The translations under genes and the position numbers were made by a program. A DNA stretch of 60,691 nt, the filler included, from Chloroflexota bacterium (GTDB lineage Bacteria; Chloroflexota; Chloroflexia; QHBQ01), in assembly GCA_043754535.1 (NCBI GenBank). It is 2 parts of 2 records of this genome, joined end to end, with 100 filler letters (N's around TTAATTAATTAA, not from the genome) between each part and the next. Parts side by side here need not be neighbours in the genome. Positions count along the whole stretch, not along the records: positions 1 to 30,346 come from JAYUUN010000095.1; 1 more part is not named here. The stretch is one strand, 5' to 3'. Shown piece after piece: positions 8,822 through 19,751 of this stretch. Within the stretch, counting starts at the first letter, position 1, and every line of letters begins with the position of its first letter. The notes under the pieces were generated by a model. That model saw only the letters and a list, made by a program, of their open reading frames with translations. It made no database searches and was not told the DNA's origin.

Positions 8822-10099
8822 ATGCGCGACCTACTGGAACTCTTTGTCGTTGGTCAGGACGGGCGATTGCTGCTGCACCAGCGGGCTGCACACTGGCAAC
8901 CGCAGGGATTGATGACCAGCCCACGCCGCTTTGCTTCCTACCTGGCGGGTCGTCGCATGATCGAAAGTAGCTACTTCGGTCACACCGCTCACAGTGAAAA
9001 AATCGGTCACTGGCTGCTCACCTTTGCGGTCAGTGAGCAACTGAGCGTCGCCCTGATCTCCGAGGAGTGGGCCGACGAGCGGGCTGCCACCGACCGCGCC
9101 CGACGACTGATCACCACCCTGGAACAGCCAGCATACCTGGCTCGCCTGCTGCACAGCACCGCCGACCCAGAGGAGCGAGCGACCCTGTTGGCGGAGATCA
9201 ACCCCTTCCGCCTGGCGGCTGTCAACCTGGCAGTGGAGGTGCGCATGAGCCTGCAAGAGGTGGTTAGCCGCTTCGCCCGCCAACACCCCTGGCTTGATGG
9301 TGGCTTGCTCGGCTTCAACGGGCAGACCCCTATTGCCCTCAGCGGGCGTAGGCTAGAGGGCTGGGGCGAGTGGCAGCGAGCGATGAACCAACTCTCTGCC
9401 ACCATGCAAGAGCATTGCCAGACAGTGATCGCTACTAGCGCACAATATATCTACTACCTACGCCTATTTGCCTGCCCAAAGGACACCCGTTGGCTTGGCT
9501 TCTGGTCTGCCAACCGTTCACTACTGCCTCCTAGCAGCGAACTGGCGGCTAGCTCAGCCCTGCCACCAGACCCCATTGCCAGCCAGCTAGCAGCGAGTGA
9601 GCCGCAGGTAGAGCCACTAGAGAAGGTCCGCCTGCGCGTTGCCGCCGAACTGGGCATTGCAGCGGACGAACGTAGTTCCGCCTTCCTCAACCGCCTGGTT
9701 GCCGCCGCTGCTGCCCGCCGTGGTAGTCTGCTGCCAACAGATGCGGCCACCCCAGCAGAGAGCATTACGCCCCTGGTAGTCAGTGTGCTATCCAGCAGTC
9801 TAGCTCTCGTTCCAGGTGCTAATGACGAGGAGGAAGTCTACCGGCCACGCGGCAAGCCGAAGCGGGTAGCCACTCGCAATCTTGGCGAGATGAGTGATAG
9901 CATTCGGGCGGCGATTAACGGCCTGGCTGCCGCACCTGACACGCCCAGTAGTAGGCTGAAGGTAGCCACTGCCGTCCAACTGGCACCGCTGCTCCCCGGC
10001 CTGGACGACCACTACGACGCACCAGCGGTGGAGTTCGTTCGCAGCACACTGGAGCGCGAACTGCTGCCCCCGCTCTATGCCATAATTGAGCAGGCATAG
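8822..10099 (+). CDS. Putative longin-like + roadblock/profilin-like domain protein (paralog B)
   Basis: MRDLLELFVVGQDGRLLL aligns with the paralog A N-terminus. FARQHPWLDGGLL aligns with FCAAQPAIRGGAIL. C-terminal VRSTLERELLPPLYAII aligns with VRRAIGEQMLPALHHLL. Long Ala/Pro/Ser insertion before the last helix. Confidence 0.6.
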   Translation: MRDLLELFVVGQDGRLLLHQRAAHWQPQGLMTSPRRFASYLAGRRMIESSYFGHTAHSEKIGHWLLTFAVSEQLSVALISEEWADERAATDRARRLITTLEQPAYLARLLHSTADPEERATLLAEINPFRLAAVNLAVEVRMSLQEVVSRFARQHPWLDGGLLGFNGQTPIALSGRRLEGWGEWQRAMNQLSATMQEHCQTVIATSAQYIYYLRLFACPKDTRWLGFWSANRSLLPPSSELAASSALPPDPIASQLAASEPQVEPLEKVRLRVAAELGIAADERSSAFLNRLVAAAAARRGSLLPTDAATPAESITPLVVSVLSSSLALVPGANDEEEVYRPRGKPKRVATRNLGEMSDSIRAAINGLAAAPDTPSSRLKVATAVQLAPLLPGLDDHYDAPAVEFVRSTLERELLPPLYAIIEQA

Positions 10100-10135
10100 C
10101 CGAAGCAGCAGCCCTGCGAACAGAGCAACCACAAA

Positions 10136-10146
10136 TGTGCTATAAT
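10136..10146 (+). promoter_or_regulatory. Extended -10 promoter (TGTGCTATAAT) upstream of roadblock-V4R
   Basis: Identical 11-mer to 8762-8772 and to the minus-strand copy at 25067-25077. Confidence 0.65.
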
Positions 10147-10254
10147 ACAGTAGCAGGCACTATATTGTAGCCGTGCTGCCCGGCAATGGACGGCAAGCAG
10201 CTTCGGCTGGCTAGCCCAAGTGGACAGGACGCATAGGATGTAGGAGGACACAAG

Positions 10255-10635
10255 GTGGCTGGTGATGATACACTCAGTGAGAAACTACGGAGCATTGTTA
10301 CTCTTAGCGATGGGATCATGGGGGCGGCTCTGGTTACAAGCGATGGCTTCGCCCTTCGCAGCAATCTCCCCGCCGACGTGGATGTGGAGGTGCTGTGCGC
10401 GATCTCTGGTCTGGTGGGTGCCTCCTCGGCCAAAGCCAGTCAGGAACTGCGGCAGGGTGCCATGAGCAAGACGGTGATCGAGTTCGAGGACGGTAAACTG
10501 CTGCTAGAGCAAGGCAACGAATTCGTGCTGATGGTGCTGACCAAAGCCGACACCAACCTCGGCATGGTGCGGCTGGCGATGCGGCGGCTGGTAGTCAGCC
10601 TCAACGAAGTGATCGAGGAGTTGCTCGAGCTATGA
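10255..10635 (+). CDS. Roadblock/LAMTOR2 (MglB-like) domain protein
   Basis: GIMGAALVTSDGFAL, ELRQGAMSKTVIEFEDGKLLL and TNLGMVRLAMRR are the classic Robl_LC7 pattern. AGGAGG RBS with GTG start. Confidence 0.93.
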   Translation: MAGDDTLSEKLRSIVTLSDGIMGAALVTSDGFALRSNLPADVDVEVLCAISGLVGASSAKASQELRQGAMSKTVIEFEDGKLLLEQGNEFVLMVLTKADTNLGMVRLAMRRLVVSLNEVIEELLEL

Positions 10636-12152
10636 GCGAGGCAATCCCACCCCTCTACCACCAGCCTGAAGGCTTCGTCAAAATCGACCCGGTACGTGGG
10701 GTAATGCGCTCCCCCTATGGCTGGCGCATGGTGCTGTTCAGCGAGGATCAGGTCGACTCGCTGCAACGTAGCCTGGAAATGATGACTGGTTCGGGGGCGA
10801 ACATCGTCCTCTACCGCCTGGGCGACAACTTTGGTCGCAAGCAATTCCACGACCTGGACAAGGTGGCCCGCACCAACCCCACTATTGGGGGCGATGCGCC
10901 GCAGCCCCTCAGCGGGCGCGCCCTCGCTTTCGTGATGCAGGCTGGCATTGAGCTAACCACTCTCTTTGGCTGGGGTGTCTTCCAGCTGCTGGGTGAGGTG
11001 CTGGGTAAGGAAACCTTCGTGATGAGCCTGTTTAACTCTGGCTACGCCAGCGTGGTCGGGGTCAAAGGCCAGCCTGCCTGCTACCTCTACGCTGGCTACT
11101 GGGCAGGCTACCTCTCCGCCTACCGCCAATATCGTTACAGCGCACTGGAAACCCGCTGCACCTCGAAGGGCGACGAGCAGTGTCTCTTTATCATCGGCCC
11201 AGAGCAGCGGATCAATACTGCGCGCTTCCTGCTCAAAAAAGGGGCTGACATTAGCAGCATTGAACAAAAATTGGTCAACTTAGGCTGCGGCGGCTGGCTT
11301 CGGGCAGCCCGCTGTTACAAGTACAGGGAGGTTCTCATGGGTATCGAAGGCATGAAGCTAGAAGCAACCCCGCTAGATCAGCAGACCCTGGAGATGCAGG
11401 AGATTTACGCCGAGCAGTCTGCTGAGCGTCAACGAGCCTGGGAGCGGATACAGCAGGACACCCCTGGCGACATGGGTGTGTCGCCCACCCGCGACATTGA
11501 CGTGATGGAGGCGGGCATCCGCAAGCGCGTGCGTTATGACCCCGACAAGTTCATCCGCCTCAACCCAGAGAAGGGCGAAGTCCGCAGCGTCAACGGCTGG
11601 AGGCAGATCATCTACCCAGAGGACTTCATCGTAGCGATCCAGCAGAGCCTGGAGTCGGTGACGGGTGAGGCAGCAGCGATCATCCTCTACCGCTTCGGCG
11701 AAATCTTCGGCTACAAGCAGTGGGCCTGGTCGAACCAGGTGTCTAGTGCCATGTTCAAGGGCAAGACCCTGCGCGACTTCAAGTTCCCCTTTGTGATGAA
11801 GCTAGCCAGTGAGACGATGGCCTTCAGCGGTTGGGGCAACTTCGAGTTGGTCAAGGATTTGGAAGAGAAGCAGGTGTTTACAATCGAACTGGGCGACTCG
11901 GCCTACGCCGGGCTGGTCGGCATCCTCGGCGTACCCGCCTGCCACATCTACGCAGGCTACTGGGCGGGCTACTTTAGCGGCTTCTGGCGTACCCGCCTGG
12001 GCAGCATCGAAACCAAGTGCCTGAGCATGGGCGACACCTACTGCCGCTTCGTGATCTGCTCCAACGACCGCATCAACGCCGCCCGCTTCTGGCATAACAA
12101 AGGCATGAAGTACGAGGAGATTCAGGATCGGCTAGCCTACGCCAAAGAGTAG
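10632..12152 (+). CDS. Tandem V4R domain protein (possibly two genes: 10632-~11283 and 11337-12152)
   Basis: Two homologous units: PACYLYAGYWAG...ETRCTSKGDEQC and PACHIYAGYWAG...ETKCLSMGDTYC. ATGA overlap with the roadblock gene. Internal AGGGAGG RBS and in-frame ATG at 11337. Confidence 0.88.
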   Translation: MSEAIPPLYHQPEGFVKIDPVRGVMRSPYGWRMVLFSEDQVDSLQRSLEMMTGSGANIVLYRLGDNFGRKQFHDLDKVARTNPTIGGDAPQPLSGRALAFVMQAGIELTTLFGWGVFQLLGEVLGKETFVMSLFNSGYASVVGVKGQPACYLYAGYWAGYLSAYRQYRYSALETRCTSKGDEQCLFIIGPEQRINTARFLLKKGADISSIEQKLVNLGCGGWLRAARCYKYREVLMGIEGMKLEATPLDQQTLEMQEIYAEQSAERQRAWERIQQDTPGDMGVSPTRDIDVMEAGIRKRVRYDPDKFIRLNPEKGEVRSVNGWRQIIYPEDFIVAIQQSLESVTGEAAAIILYRFGEIFGYKQWAWSNQVSSAMFKGKTLRDFKFPFVMKLASETMAFSGWGNFELVKDLEEKQVFTIELGDSAYAGLVGILGVPACHIYAGYWAGYFSGFWRTRLGSIETKCLSMGDTYCRFVICSNDRINAARFWHNKGMKYEEIQDRLAYAKE

Positions 12153-12164
12153 GTTGCGCCCGCG

Positions 12165-12200
12165 CTCCACGTCCCCTTCCACGCAGGGAGGGGGCGGGAG
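12165..12200. terminator. GC-rich hairpin between convergent V4R and mreB genes
   Basis: CGTCCCCTTCC-ACGCA-GGGAGGGGGCG stem-loop, extendable by CTCC/GGAG. No clear U-tract. Confidence 0.5.
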
Positions 12201-13211
<1,011 letters not shown>

Positions 13212-13378
13212 CTGCTCAACTCTCCATATGGTCCGCAGCCCACTTGCCAGGCGGCCCAAAGTTTAATTGCGATCATCATGCAGCAAGGACGCGCTCCAGT
13301 TACGTCCCTACCTGGTCAGTACAGCAGAGCGCAGCTAGAGGTTGGTAGCTACATAGTACCGCTTTACTAGCAAGCTGG

Positions 13379-13819
13379 TTAGAGGTTGTTGTTGTCGCTG
13401 CCAGCACTGCTACCCCGCCGGGCGCGGTAGCGGCGGACGACCCGGATTTCGGCCAGGCTGCGGCGCAGGGCGGAAGCGTCGAGTTCTGCCGTGCCGCGCA
13501 CCCCCTCGCGGGTCGTCACCTCGGCCCGTTGGCGAGCGGACTCAGCGGCGGCCAAGTCGATATCCTCGGCCCGCTTGGCAACGTCGGCCAGGATGGTGAC
13601 GCGGTTGTTGCTTACTTCCAGGAAGCCGCCAGAGATCAGTAGGTCGGTCTCCTCGCTTCCCTTCTTGATGCGCGCAGGGCCGGTCGCCAGGATGGTAAAG
13701 AGCGGCGCGTGGTTGGTCAGGATGCCCAGTTCGCCCTCAATACCAGGAGCCACGATTTCGTCTACGTCGTCGCTGAACACCACCCGCTCGGCGGTAACGA
13801 TTTCAAGGTGCAATGCCAT
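13379..13819 (-). CDS. atpC: F1 ATP synthase epsilon subunit
   Basis: LEIVTAER, GELGILTNHAP and ISGGFLEV. Confidence 0.97.
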   Translation of the reverse strand: MALHLEIVTAERVVFSDDVDEIVAPGIEGELGILTNHAPLFTILATGPARIKKGSEETDLLISGGFLEVSNNRVTILADVAKRAEDIDLAAAESARQRAEVTTREGVRGTAELDASALRRSLAEIRVVRRYRARRGSSAGSDNNNL

Positions 13820-13842
13820 GCTTTACTCCTCACTTCGGGGCT

Positions 13843-13853
13843 ATTATATCACA
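13843..13853 (-). promoter_or_regulatory. Internal extended -10 element (TGTGATATAAT) before atpC
   Basis: TGnTATAAT about 24 nt upstream of the atpC ATG and upstream of its GAGGAG RBS. Confidence 0.55.
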
Positions 13854-13910
13854 TCGTGGGCCGAATGTCTGCGCCCAGCTACTTGAGGCTGCGTGTAGCT
13901 GATCAGCACG

Positions 13911-13934
13911 AAAGGGCGGGCAGGCCGCCCACCC
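13911..13934 (-). terminator. Possible weak intrinsic terminator or stabilising hairpin after atpD
   Basis: Minus strand GGGTGGGC-GGCCT-GCCCGCCC followed by TTT. Confidence 0.45.
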
Positions 13935-13980
13935 CTCTGTGCTTGTGCTATGTAGCAATCCGCAGGCAGATGCCGCAGGA

Positions 13981-15495
<1,515 letters not shown>

Positions 15496-15511
15496 TTATC
15501 TCCTCTAGGTA

Positions 15512-16414
15512 CTAGCCCTTCAGTGCATCGGCCCCGGCAGAGATTTCTGAAATCTCCTTCGTGATGTTGGCCTGGCGCACCTTGTTGTAGGTCAGGGTAA
15601 GGTCGGATACGAGGTCGTTGGCGTTCTGGGTTGCGTTCTTCATCGCCACCATCTGTGCGCTCTGTTCGCTAGCTACCGACTCCAGCAACGCCTGGTAGAT
15701 CAGCACTTCGACGAAGCGGGGCAGCAGTGCGTTAAGCAACTGTTGTGGTCCTGGCTCGTAGATGTAGTCCACCGCCTTATGCGTGGTGTCCACCTCTGGT
15801 AGGTTCACCCCGATCTGCACTTGCTGTGGGGCGTTCGGGTCAATCGGCAGCAGCTTGAGCATCACGGGCCGCTGGATCAGGGTGTTGATGAAGTCGGTGT
15901 AGATCAGGTAGACCGCATCCACCTGGCCGCTGATGTAAGCGTCGGTGACGAGGCGGCCCACGCCGCTGATGTCCTGCAACTGTGGCTTGGCCCCCATGCC
16001 AGTAAACTCGGCCACCACATTGCGGCCATAGCGGATCATGAAGTCGCGGCCCTTCTTGCCGACCGTGACCAGGTTGACTGGCGCGCCCGCCTCATTGAGG
16101 ATGAAGCGAGTGGTGCGGCGGATCACATTGCTGTTCAGGCTACCAACCAGCCCCTTGTCGCCTGTGATCATCACCACACCGACATTCTTGATCGTACGCT
16201 GCTGCAAGAGCGGATGTGCGCCGTCGCTCACATCCACCCGCTGCGAGAGGTTGCGGATGATCTCAAGCATCTTGCTGGCGTAGGGGCGGGTAGCGATCAC
16301 CGTCTGCTGGGCGCGGCGCATCCGACTGGAGGCAACCGTCTCCATCGCCTTCGTTGTCTTGGCGATGTTCTTGACGCTGCTGATTCGGCGGCGCAGTTCT
16401 CTTGTACTAGGCAC
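15512..16414 (-). CDS. atpG: F1 ATP synthase gamma subunit
   Basis: TKAMETVASSR, GDKGLVG, ASEQSAQMVAMKNATQNA and NKVRQANITKEISEI. Confidence 0.98.
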   Translation of the reverse strand: MPSTRELRRRISSVKNIAKTTKAMETVASSRMRRAQQTVIATRPYASKMLEIIRNLSQRVDVSDGAHPLLQQRTIKNVGVVMITGDKGLVGSLNSNVIRRTTRFILNEAGAPVNLVTVGKKGRDFMIRYGRNVVAEFTGMGAKPQLQDISGVGRLVTDAYISGQVDAVYLIYTDFINTLIQRPVMLKLLPIDPNAPQQVQIGVNLPEVDTTHKAVDYIYEPGPQQLLNALLPRFVEVLIYQALLESVASEQSAQMVAMKNATQNANDLVSDLTLTYNKVRQANITKEISEISAGADALKG

Positions 16415-16457
16415 TATTCGTTCTCCCCTACAAAGTCGTCACTGCCGACCGCCGTAC

Positions 16458-17990
16458 CTACTTGGCCGCTGCGGGGGCCTGGCTGTAGCCATTGGCCTGG
16501 TTGAACTCGCCAATAGCAGCCTTCAGCGTCTCAATTGCTGGGTCACTCAGCTTCTTGTCGCGCATGATCTCCTCCACCAACGGCCCGTAGCTGCCAGCCA
16601 TAAACTGGTGGAAGTTCTGCTCGTAATTGCGAACCTGCTCCACTGGTACATTGTCCAGGAAGCCGTTGGAGACCGCGAATAGGATGGTCACCTGCTGGGC
16701 CAGACTAAGCGGCTGGTACTGTGGCTGCTTGAGTATCTCCTGGGTACGGAGGCCGCGATTGATCTGGTTCTGCGTCCCCTTATCCAGGTCGCTACCGAAG
16801 CTGGCAAAGGCGGCCAATTCGCGGAACTGGGCCATGTCGAGCTTCAGCTTACCGGCCACCTGCTTCATCGCCTTCGTCTGTGCCGAGCTACCCACACGGC
16901 TGACCGAGATGCCGACGTTCATTGCGGGGCGGATGCCAGCGTTGAACAGGTCGGCTTCCAAGAAGATTTGGCCGTCAGTGATCGAGATCACGTTGGTGGG
17001 GATGTAAGCAGACACGTCGTTGGCCTGCGTCTCAATGATCGGCAAGGCAGTCAGGCTACCGCCGCCGTACGCTTCGTCCAGACGAGCAGCACGCTCTAGC
17101 AAGCGGCTGTGCAGGTAGAATACGTCGCCGGGGTAGGCTTCGCGTCCAGGGGGGCGGCGGATCAGCAGGCTAACCTGGCGGTAAGCCGCCGCGTGCTTGC
17201 TCAAGTCGTCAAAGACCACCAGCGCATCCATACCCTTGTGCATAAAGTATTCGCCGATAGCAGCCCCGGCGTAAGGGGCGAGGTACTGCAAAGGGGCGGG
17301 GTCAGCAGCAGAGGCGGCAACGATGATCGTATGCTCCATTGCGCCGTAGCGTTCGAGGGTAGCCTGCACCTGGGCGATCTGGGCTGTCTTCTGCCCAATA
17401 GCCACATAGATGCAGATTACATTCTGACCCTTCTGGTTGATGATCGTGTCAATGGCAACCGCAGTCTTCCCCGTCTGGCGGTCGCCAATGATCAGCTCGC
17501 GTTGGCCGCGACCAATCGGGATCATCGCGTCAATCGGCTTGATCCCAGTTTGCAGCGGGGTGTTTACCCCTTTGCGGTAGACCACGCCAGGGGCGATCAG
17601 TTCGAGCGGGCGGCGTTCGGTGCTGGCGATTGCCCCCTTACCGTCCAGTGGCACACCGAGAGTGTTGACTACGCGACCAAGTAGAGCATCGCCAACTGGC
17701 AGCGAGGAGATCGTGCCAGTTGCCTCCACCTCATCACCCTCCTGGATGTGGGTGTAGGGGCCGAGGATGATCACGCCAACACTCTCCTCCTCCAGGTTGA
17801 AGGCCAGGCCAGTTACGCCAGTGCGCTTGAACAGGACGAGTTCCTGAGCCATCACGTTGCTGAGGCCGTAGACAGTGGCGATCCCGTCGCCGATCTCTAC
17901 CACAGTGCCAACGTTGGTGGTACGCACCCCCGCATCAGTCTGCTCGATCTGCTGCTTGATAATAGAGCTAATTTCTTCTGCAATCGCCAT
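16458..17990 (-). CDS. atpA: F1 ATP synthase alpha subunit
   Basis: [17 protein letters not shown] and [21 protein letters not shown]. Confidence 0.99.
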   Translation of the reverse strand: MAIAEEISSIIKQQIEQTDAGVRTTNVGTVVEIGDGIATVYGLSNVMAQELVLFKRTGVTGLAFNLEEESVGVIILGPYTHIQEGDEVEATGTISSLPVGDALLGRVVNTLGVPLDGKGAIASTERRPLELIAPGVVYRKGVNTPLQTGIKPIDAMIPIGRGQRELIIGDRQTGKTAVAIDTIINQKGQNVICIYVAIGQKTAQIAQVQATLERYGAMEHTIIVAASAADPAPLQYLAPYAGAAIGEYFMHKGMDALVVFDDLSKHAAAYRQVSLLIRRPPGREAYPGDVFYLHSRLLERAARLDEAYGGGSLTALPIIETQANDVSAYIPTNVISITDGQIFLEADLFNAGIRPAMNVGISVSRVGSSAQTKAMKQVAGKLKLDMAQFRELAAFASFGSDLDKGTQNQINRGLRTQEILKQPQYQPLSLAQQVTILFAVSNGFLDNVPVEQVRNYEQNFHQFMAGSYGPLVEEIMRDKKLSDPAIETLKAAIGEFNQANGYSQAPAAAK

Positions 17991-18082
17991 CTTCGGCTCC
18001 TCCTCTTGTGAAGGGGGTCACAGCCCCCGCAACCTCTTAGCAGATGTGGTGTAGTGCTTTGGCACCCCAACCAATAAACCTG

Positions 18083-18619
18083 TCAGCGGGCGGTCAACCT
18101 ACGCCCCAGTTCTTGCAGGCGGGTGGCAACGCTGGCATCAATCAGTTCGTCACCCACGCGGGCTACCAGGCCACCAAGGATCGCGGGGTCAACATGGGTG
18201 CGTAGCTGCACTTGCTTGCCAGTGATCCGACCCAAGGTGGCAATCACCCGCTGTCTACCGCCCTCATCCAATTCGGTGGCGGTAGTTACGTCGGCAATCG
18301 CAATATTGCGGGCCTGGTTGTACATCTTGGTGAACTCACGCACGATCTGCGGAATGCGGCCCACCCGCCCCCGCTCGACCAGCAGCCTGACCAGGTTGTA
18401 GACCAGCGGGTTGACCTTGCCTTGTAGCAGTTGGGCGAGTGCCTGTTCGCGCTCCTCCCGCGTGTATTTGGGATCGTCAAAGACAGCAGCCATGCGCGGA
18501 CTCTGAAAGGTAATGCCGATGCGGTCAAGCTCGGCCTTCCACTGATCAAGCTGGCCCTTCTCCTGAGCGATCTCGAAGGCGGCCTGGGCGTAGCGGCGGG
18601 CCAGTGCTGCGCTAGCCAT
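18083..18619 (-). CDS. atpH: F1 ATP synthase delta subunit
   Basis: ARRYAQAAF and DPAILGGLVARVGDELIDAS. Confidence 0.96.
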   Translation of the reverse strand: MASAALARRYAQAAFEIAQEKGQLDQWKAELDRIGITFQSPRMAAVFDDPKYTREEREQALAQLLQGKVNPLVYNLVRLLVERGRVGRIPQIVREFTKMYNQARNIAIADVTTATELDEGGRQRVIATLGRITGKQVQLRTHVDPAILGGLVARVGDELIDASVATRLQELGRRLTAR

Positions 18620-19200
18620 CAGCCAGCCCTCCGCGAACTGCTTTGCTCAGCCTCGACCAACGCCTCGTCAACCAGGCGACGGTTGGTGTCGCTGTTGAGG
18701 TTCTGGCGCACTACGCGGCCTGCGGCCATGATCGCCAGGCTGGCAACCTCCTGCCGCAACTCCGCCTTCGCCTGCTCCTTCTGCGCCTCGATCTCCTGCT
18801 GGGCGCGGCTGATCAACTGCGAACCCTGCTGTTGAGCCTCGCTGCGGCTTTGCGCGAGCAAGGTCTCGCCTTGCTTCTGAGCATTGGCAATGTTCTGCTG
18901 GGCCTGGGTGCGGGCCTCGTTCAGGATGCGCTGGCTACTGTCTTGCGCTGCCGTCAGGTCGCGCTTGATCTGCTCGGCGTTTACCATGCTCTCCTCGATG
19001 CGGGCGCGCCGCTCGTCGATCACCTTGAGGACTGGGCCGATTACCCAGGCACGCATTGCAAGGATCAGGAGCAGGAAGGCGATCACCTGGTAAGCGATGA
19101 TCCAAAGATTGATGTTGATGCCACCACTTGCCGCCGTAGTAGCGGCATTATCACCCTCGGCGGCGAGAATGCTGGTGAGCAGGGTACTAAACTGGGCCAT
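18619..19200 (-). CDS. atpF: Fo ATP synthase subunit b
   Basis: Single TM helix followed by PVLKVIDERRARI and a long coiled coil; operon position. Confidence 0.95.
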   Translation of the reverse strand: MAQFSTLLTSILAAEGDNAATTAASGGININLWIIAYQVIAFLLLILAMRAWVIGPVLKVIDERRARIEESMVNAEQIKRDLTAAQDSSQRILNEARTQAQQNIANAQKQGETLLAQSRSEAQQQGSQLISRAQQEIEAQKEQAKAELRQEVASLAIMAAGRVVRQNLNSDTNRRLVDEALVEAEQSSSRRAG

Positions 19201-19330
19201 CTTGTCTTACCTCATTCTATTGTGCTTGGCGGCAAGTTGGGCTGTGCTTGCTGCTGGTGTGCCGCGCCAGGCGAACCAGACGCGACACACCGGATGGTAC
19301 AGGGCTTCGGGGTTGGCTCTGCTGGCGAAA

Positions 19331-19624
19331 CTAGACGGCGAAAATCAGGGCAAGGGCGACCACGAAGGCGTAGATGGCGACAGCCTCGGCCAAACCTGCA
19401 CCGAGAACCAGGGTGGTACGAACGGGGCCTTCAGCCTCTGGGTTGCGGCCAATGGCCTGCATTGCGCCGAAGGTAGCGATCCCAATACCAATACCGGGGC
19501 CGATTCCACCGATACCAATGGCGAGGCCAGCAGCGAGGCGGGCAGCCTGCTTGATCGCATTGGGTCCCACATCAGTGGTGGTAGTGGCCTGGGCTAGAAC
19601 TGTAGCTGCGTGCATGAAATCCAC
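19331..19624 (-). CDS. atpE: Fo ATP synthase subunit c
   Basis: GxGxG motif, GRNPEA loop and LAEAVAIY with the essential Glu. Start placed at GTG 19624 after AGGAGG (alternatively ATG 19615), not 19864. Confidence 0.95.
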   Translation of the reverse strand: MDFMHAATVLAQATTTTDVGPNAIKQAARLAAGLAIGIGGIGPGIGIGIATFGAMQAIGRNPEAEGPVRTTLVLGAGLAEAVAIYAFVVALALIFAV

Positions 19625-19751
19625 TTGTCTCTCCTCCTTGTTGCGTAAAGCACATGATGTTGTGTTGATGCGGCTCGTGGAGCGCGCGGGCCGGTTGGGG
19701 GTACTGCAAACCCCGATGGGTGCTGACCAGCCCTGGTCAGCGTAGTTGGCG

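Noticed and set aside
15760..15860. Short extra segment in AtpG as a chloroplast-type redox switch
   Set aside because: No cysteines, and much shorter than the chloroplast insertion.
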